DNA of 64,000 nucleotides from an uncultured Planctomycetia bacterium (GTDB lineage Bacteria; Omnitrophota; Gorgyraeia; Duberdicusellales; 4484-171): NCBI GenBank assembly GCA_964483625.1, contig CAZABB010000005.1, positions 15,571 to 79,570 of the forward strand, read 5' to 3'. Shown piece by piece: positions 59,819 to 64,000 of this stretch (position 1 is its first letter; each line of letters starts with the position of its first letter). The notes under the pieces were generated by a model. It saw only the letters and a program-made list of their open reading frames with translations, ran no database searches and was not told where the DNA came from. The position numbers and the translations under genes were made by a program.

Positions 59819-61093
59819 ATGGGCCGAAAAAGAATATTTTCGGGGATCGCTCTTATTGTTTTATGTGTCTTGGGGGCCGGTTATTATTTCTTTTTTACCT
59901 CCGGAGGGTCGACCGTTCTGGTGCGGGGGATTTTAAGACAGTACGCCGATACCGGAAATATCGAGGTCGTCTCCTCTCAAGGAGCGCTTGCCGAAGAGCT
60001 ATCCTGGCAGGATATCGAGATCAAAGAACTTCCCTGGCTTCCTTCCGGCAGTATCATCCAGGTTAAACGCCTGGATATTTCATTCTCTTCTTTAAGTATG
60101 AACGGCGTAACCGTACGTATCCATAACGGCCGGATCATGCTTCCGGAGACCGAGACGGTGATATTTTATGGGACATACGAGAACGACCATCTTGATTTTA
60201 ACGTGTATACGAAGAAGGCGGGGTTGAGAATACTGCGTAATTTCTTCCCGCATCATCAGGAGTTGAAGAACGTGTCGGGCCGGGTGGATGATCTCGATGT
60301 GTCTGTAATCGGTTCTGTGTTTACGCCCCAGGTACGGGGAACATTTCTTATCAGAGAATTTGCCCGCAACGAATTCACGCTTAAAAATGCTCCGGCGACA
60401 TTCTGGTTTGACATGCGCAAGAAGGTATGGGATAGGGTTTTAAACGGAGAGATCTTTTTAGCCGGCGGCGATATTTCCGCGCGCGGCCGGCCGATTTCCC
60501 TGGCAAAGAGCCGGTTGATTTTCTCCGGTAATCCGAAAGAGCCGGCGCTGGATGTGACCGGTTCGGCTCTGGTTGAGGCGACCCGGATAGATATTCGTCT
60601 GACAGGAACGGCGGTTCAGCCCCAATTAAGACTCTCTTCCCGACCCTCTCTGCCGGAAGGGCAGTTGCTTCTGATGCTGGCCACGGGGAAGAACTGGCGT
60701 AGTGCCAAAAGAAGCCTGAATGAAAAACATATTACGCCTGATCTGGCTTTCGATTTTGTCGATTTTTTGCTTCTGGGAGGGAAGGGAAGCCTTATCGCCG
60801 AAAAATTCGGTATTCAGGATATATCGGTGACGTTGAATGGGGTTGAAAAGGAAATAAGGGTGAAAAAAAACATAACCGATAATACGGCGGTGAGTTACGG
60901 GATTTCTCAGTCGCAGGAAGATAAGAACGCTGGGGAGGCGAAACATAAAGTCGGCGCGACGGTTGACATTACCGATACGCTCTCGGTAGAAGGTCAGAAA
61001 GAAATACGGCCGGAAAATGGAAAAGGAACACGTCCGGAGACCAAAGGTCCGCCGGACGATAAGGTGTTATTGAAATTCAAAAAGGAATTCTAA
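59819..61093 (+). CDS. hypothetical membrane-anchored protein (TamB/AsmA-like repetitive beta region possible)
   Basis: N-terminal TM anchor. Long beta-rich soluble region. No catalytic motif. Confidence 0.4.
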   Translation: MGRKRIFSGIALIVLCVLGAGYYFFFTSGGSTVLVRGILRQYADTGNIEVVSSQGALAEELSWQDIEIKELPWLPSGSIIQVKRLDISFSSLSMNGVTVRIHNGRIMLPETETVIFYGTYENDHLDFNVYTKKAGLRILRNFFPHHQELKNVSGRVDDLDVSVIGSVFTPQVRGTFLIREFARNEFTLKNAPATFWFDMRKKVWDRVLNGEIFLAGGDISARGRPISLAKSRLIFSGNPKEPALDVTGSALVEATRIDIRLTGTAVQPQLRLSSRPSLPEGQLLLMLATGKNWRSAKRSLNEKHITPDLAFDFVDFLLLGGKGSLIAEKFGIQDISVTLNGVEKEIRVKKNITDNTAVSYGISQSQEDKNAGEAKHKVGATVDITDTLSVEGQKEIRPENGKGTRPETKGPPDDKVLLKFKKEF

Positions 61094-61098
61094 GGTAT

Positions 61099-61962
61099 AT
61101 GCAAAAGATAGAGAATTTTCGCGCCAGTCGTTTAAACGAATCGCAGACAAACATCCTGTGGACGGCGCTATGCTTTTTGACAACCTGTCTGATTGCCGTC
61201 ATCGATTATCTTACCGGTAATGAACTCGGGTTATCTCTGTTTTATCTTGCCCCGGTATTAGCGGCAACCTGGTATGTTACGATCGCCGTCGGGGTCTCTC
61301 TGGCGATCTTCAGCGCGTTCTCTTGGACGTTGGCAAATTCGTTCTTAAGAGTGGCCTATTCTCACGCGTTTATCCCTTATTGGAATGTTGGGGTAAGGAG
61401 CCTTTTTTTTATTACCGTTGTGATCCTCTTAGCCCGTCTAAAAAAAGCTCTGTTAAAAGAACGTCAATTTGCCCGCAAGGATTTTTTGACCGGCATTGCC
61501 AACTGGCAGGCGTTTACCGAGCGTGCCGCCAACGAGATGAACCGTGCCCGGCGGTACAACCGGCCGATAACGGTGGTGTATGCTGATTGTGACAACTTCA
61601 AACAGGTAAATGATTGGGGCGGGCATGGTGAAGGGAATAAGCTTTTGAAATTGATCGCCCGTACCATGAAAGAAAACATCCGCTCTTTTGATATCGTTGC
61701 CCGTCTGGGCGGAGATGAGTTCGTGCTTCTTCTACCGGAAACCGATCAGGATAACGCTCGAGTTATCGTCGAACGTCTTAAAACATCGTTATGCGCGGTT
61801 ACTCAAGGGGGAGGGTTTGCGGTGACTTTCAGCTTCGGCGTAGCGATATTCGTTACTCTGCCGCCCGGGATTGATGAGATGGTCTGCAAATCGGATGAAT
61901 TGATGTATGCTTCAAAAGAAAAGGGAAAAGACGGTATAACGTACGAGGTTATCGGTGGTTAA
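61099..61962 (+). CDS. membrane-anchored GGDEF-domain diguanylate cyclase
   Basis: N-terminal TM helices. RLGGDEF motif. Inhibitory-site RxxD present (RRYNRPITVVYAD). Confidence 0.8.
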   Translation: MQKIENFRASRLNESQTNILWTALCFLTTCLIAVIDYLTGNELGLSLFYLAPVLAATWYVTIAVGVSLAIFSAFSWTLANSFLRVAYSHAFIPYWNVGVRSLFFITVVILLARLKKALLKERQFARKDFLTGIANWQAFTERAANEMNRARRYNRPITVVYADCDNFKQVNDWGGHGEGNKLLKLIARTMKENIRSFDIVARLGGDEFVLLLPETDQDNARVIVERLKTSLCAVTQGGGFAVTFSFGVAIFVTLPPGIDEMVCKSDELMYASKEKGKDGITYEVIGG

Positions 61963-62440
61963 TATGGAGAATCAAAAAGAAATAATCCCCCGGCAGATCC
62001 GAAGACTTCTGGGAAAAGCAGATTTTATCAACGTGGCCACATGTACTCTTTCCCGGAGCCCCAGCGGCGCGTTTAAATTTATCTTAAAGATCGATGGTAA
62101 CGATATATATCTTGTCGATTTCGCCCGGGCGCGTACCTGGCGGAATTTAAAGGAGAACCCGTTCGCTTCGCTCTCGTTCCTAGACGAGGAGACATTAGTC
62201 GATTATCAGCTTAATGGGCCAGTCGAGATCATCGATGGGGGGAGATCTTTCGAAACGCTGGATGATGAGCTGGATAAAAAAGAAGTGACGTTTGTGACCA
62301 AACGGGTAATCGAGAGCGTGCGTCGGCAAAAGAAATTCCCTGTCAACGAAATACCGTTGGCTAAACGAGTGGTGATTTTAAAAGTTACGGTAGAAGAAAC
62401 GGTCGAGCTTGGCCCGGCGGCAGAGTTAAAGGAAAGGTAA
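61955..62440 (+). CDS. pyridoxamine 5'-phosphate oxidase-like FMN-binding split-barrel protein
   Basis: Size and N-terminal pattern (INVATC..). Weak assignment. Confidence 0.4.
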   Translation: MVNMENQKEIIPRQIRRLLGKADFINVATCTLSRSPSGAFKFILKIDGNDIYLVDFARARTWRNLKENPFASLSFLDEETLVDYQLNGPVEIIDGGRSFETLDDELDKKEVTFVTKRVIESVRRQKKFPVNEIPLAKRVVILKVTVEETVELGPAAELKER

Positions 62441-62446
62441 TTTTGT

Positions 62447-63019
62447 ATGGATATAAGTCTTGTGGTTATTCCGATTCTGATCTTTTTAGCGAGAGTAATC
62501 GATGTCACGATGGGGACATTGCGGATTATTTTTATTTCCCGCGGTATACGGATCCTTGCGGCATGCCTGGGTTTCTTTGAAATACTGATCTGGCTTCTGG
62601 CCATCAGTCAGATCATGAAGAACCTGGATAATCCGGTCAACTATATCGCCTATGCAGCCGGTTTCGGCATGGGGAATTTCGTCGGGATATCCATCGAGCA
62701 GAAGCTTTCTTTGGGAAACCTCATGGTCCGGGTAATCGTCCGTAACAGCGCTGTGGCGCTGATGGAATATCTCCATAGGCAGGGCTATGGAGTTACCATC
62801 GTTGACGCCCAAGGCACAACCGGCCCGGTGAAGATTATTTTTACCGTCGTTCCCCGGAAATGCCTCAAAGCTGTCCTTGAGAGTATAGAAAGTTTTAACC
62901 CTCAGGCGTTTTACACCATCGAAGATATCCGCTTCGCGGTAGAGCAGGGACGGTATCCGGCCGGGCGCCGCCGGCGCCTGAGAGACCATTTGCGGGCTTT
63001 TACATTGAAGAAAAAATAG
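62447..63019 (+). CDS. DUF2179/YitT-type membrane protein (UPF0316-like)
   Basis: Three TM helices followed by a small soluble domain (GVTIVDAQG...VVPRK). Confidence 0.5.
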   Translation: MDISLVVIPILIFLARVIDVTMGTLRIIFISRGIRILAACLGFFEILIWLLAISQIMKNLDNPVNYIAYAAGFGMGNFVGISIEQKLSLGNLMVRVIVRNSAVALMEYLHRQGYGVTIVDAQGTTGPVKIIFTVVPRKCLKAVLESIESFNPQAFYTIEDIRFAVEQGRYPAGRRRRLRDHLRAFTLKKK

Positions 63020-63107
63020 CGTGTAAAGGATTATTGGCTATTTTGTGTTTATGCCTTATAATAAAAGCCTGATGGAGAAGAAGACAGAATGGATAAGGAG
63101 ATTCCCT

Positions 63108-64000
63108 ATGAAAAAAATGAATAAAAAACTGCAGGAAAAATGCCAGGCGATTTCCAAAAAAAACACCGTTGAAGCGATTGTAACCTCATTCTGTGCCAAT
63201 CTGAAATACGCCCTTTCTAAAGACCAGTATACCGCGACCCGGGAAGATAATTTCCGGGCCCTGGCGTTTGCCATGCGCGACCGGGTCGTCGAACGCTGGA
63301 TTACCACCCAGCAGCGGTACCATAAGGAAAATGTCAAACGAGTGTATTATCTGTCGATGGAATTCTTAATCGGCCGGCTTCTGGGTAATTACATATTTAA
63401 TCTGGGGCTGGAGGATCAGGTTTCCCAGGCGCTTACCGAACTGGGGTTTGATTTTGAAGATATCCGCCAGGAGGAGCTCGACGCGGGACTGGGCAACGGA
63501 GGGTTGGGGAGGCTTGCCGCCTGCTTCCTTGATTCGATGGCGACATTGCATATTCCCGGCTACGGCTACGGTATCCGCTATGATTACGGTATTTTTCATC
63601 AGAAAATAAAAGACGGATTTCAGGTGGAACTTCCCGATGAATGGTTAAGACGCGAGAGCCCCTGGGAATTTGCCCGGCCGGAATCGACGGTCAAGGTGAA
63701 ATTCTACGGCCGCACGCAAACCTATCGCGACCGGCATGGTAAATTCTGTGTCGATTGGGTTGATACCGAAAACATCCTCGCGGTACCCTATGATTACGCG
63801 ATTCCCGGTTATAAAAATGATGTGGTCAATACATTACGGCTCTGGTCGGCGCGTAGCACCGAAGAATTCGACCTGGAGTATTTCAACCAGGGCGACTATG
63901 AGCAGGCGGTGCATAAAAAGATCCTTTCGGAGAATATTTCAAAAGTACTCTATCCCAACGATGACGTTAGTCAGGGGCGGGAATTACGCTTGAAACAGGA
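63108..64000 (+). CDS. glgP: glycogen/alpha-glucan phosphorylase, N-terminal part (3' end lies outside the window)
   Basis: GGATAAGGAG RBS. Hallmark GT35 N-terminal blocks (YLSMEFLIGR, GLGNGGLGRLAACFLDS, WLR..PWE). Missed by the ORF track because no stop lies within the window. Confidence 0.9.
   Translation, partial: MKKMNKKLQEKCQAISKKNTVEAIVTSFCANLKYALSKDQYTATREDNFRALAFAMRDRVVERWITTQQRYHKENVKRVYYLSMEFLIGRLLGNYIFNLGLEDQVSQALTELGFDFEDIRQEELDAGLGNGGLGRLAACFLDSMATLHIPGYGYGIRYDYGIFHQKIKDGFQVELPDEWLRRESPWEFARPESTVKVKFYGRTQTYRDRHGKFCVDWVDTENILAVPYDYAIPGYKNDVVNTLRLWSARSTEEFDLEYFNQGDYEQAVHKKILSENISKVLYPNDDVSQGRELRLKQ

Overview
This looks like a bacterial chromosomal segment from a diderm organism: there is an outer-membrane porin whose sequence ends in Phe, and many lipoproteins and signal peptides. 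GC content is about 50%. Almost every gene is on the + strand, and there are many ATGA start/stop overlaps. I see no tRNA, rRNA, CRISPR array, integrase or transposase.

Gene content by position:
- 1-3150: tail of a PlsC-like acyltransferase, then rpsA and tyrS.
- 3194-12056: a glycan-utilisation locus. A TTGACA/TATAAT promoter is followed by a sugar ABC binding protein and two permeases with no ATPase gene. Next come two paralogous clan GH-A TIM-barrel glycosidases interleaved with three copies of a ~190-aa secreted beta-sandwich domain (two in tandem in one protein, one in a lipoprotein). A LacI/cre-type palindrome overlaps an internal promoter.
- 12155-14208: a translationally coupled HExxH metallopeptidase-like gene plus an ATP-grasp (Ddl-like) gene.
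- 14385-14641: a highly structured 5' leader, a candidate riboswitch with a GEMM-I-like 5' half.
- 14642-16057: an RlpA-like secreted protein and a GGDEF protein.
- 16130-22370: an ABC-F ATPase, a promoter-equipped 67-aa ORF, RlmB-like and HD-domain genes, and an orphan EF-G with a long hairpin leader.
- 22773-33424: a large phosphate (Pho) supercluster. It contains a Na/Pi cotransporter, phoB, phoR, a Pho-box promoter (TTCACA x3 at 11-bp phasing plus TATAAT), a porin, and pstSCAB-phoU with an internal pstS terminator.
- 33662-41799: an isoprenoid island containing crtI, ispH, crtB, a two-peptide lycopene cyclase, a TPR protein, a polyprenyl synthase, a CPBP protease, menA and ubiE.
- 41907-45195: a type II NADH dehydrogenase (NDH-2), DoxX, a methyltransferase and maf.
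- 45405-52191: a GH57-type glycogen cluster with a CBM48 protein, a glucan synthase, a DUF4912-like protein, two GH57 enzymes and an NDP-sugar transferase.
- 52324-63019: a PAS kinase with a receiver, an NrnA-like protein, an orphan TrpB2, a GT4, CorA, a TamB-like hypothetical and a second GGDEF.
- 63108-64000: the 5' end of glgP.

The most unusual items are the structured leader at 14.4-14.6 kb, the peptidase/ATP-grasp pair, the octamer repeat in a glycosidase start, and the repeated CBM-like domain family.
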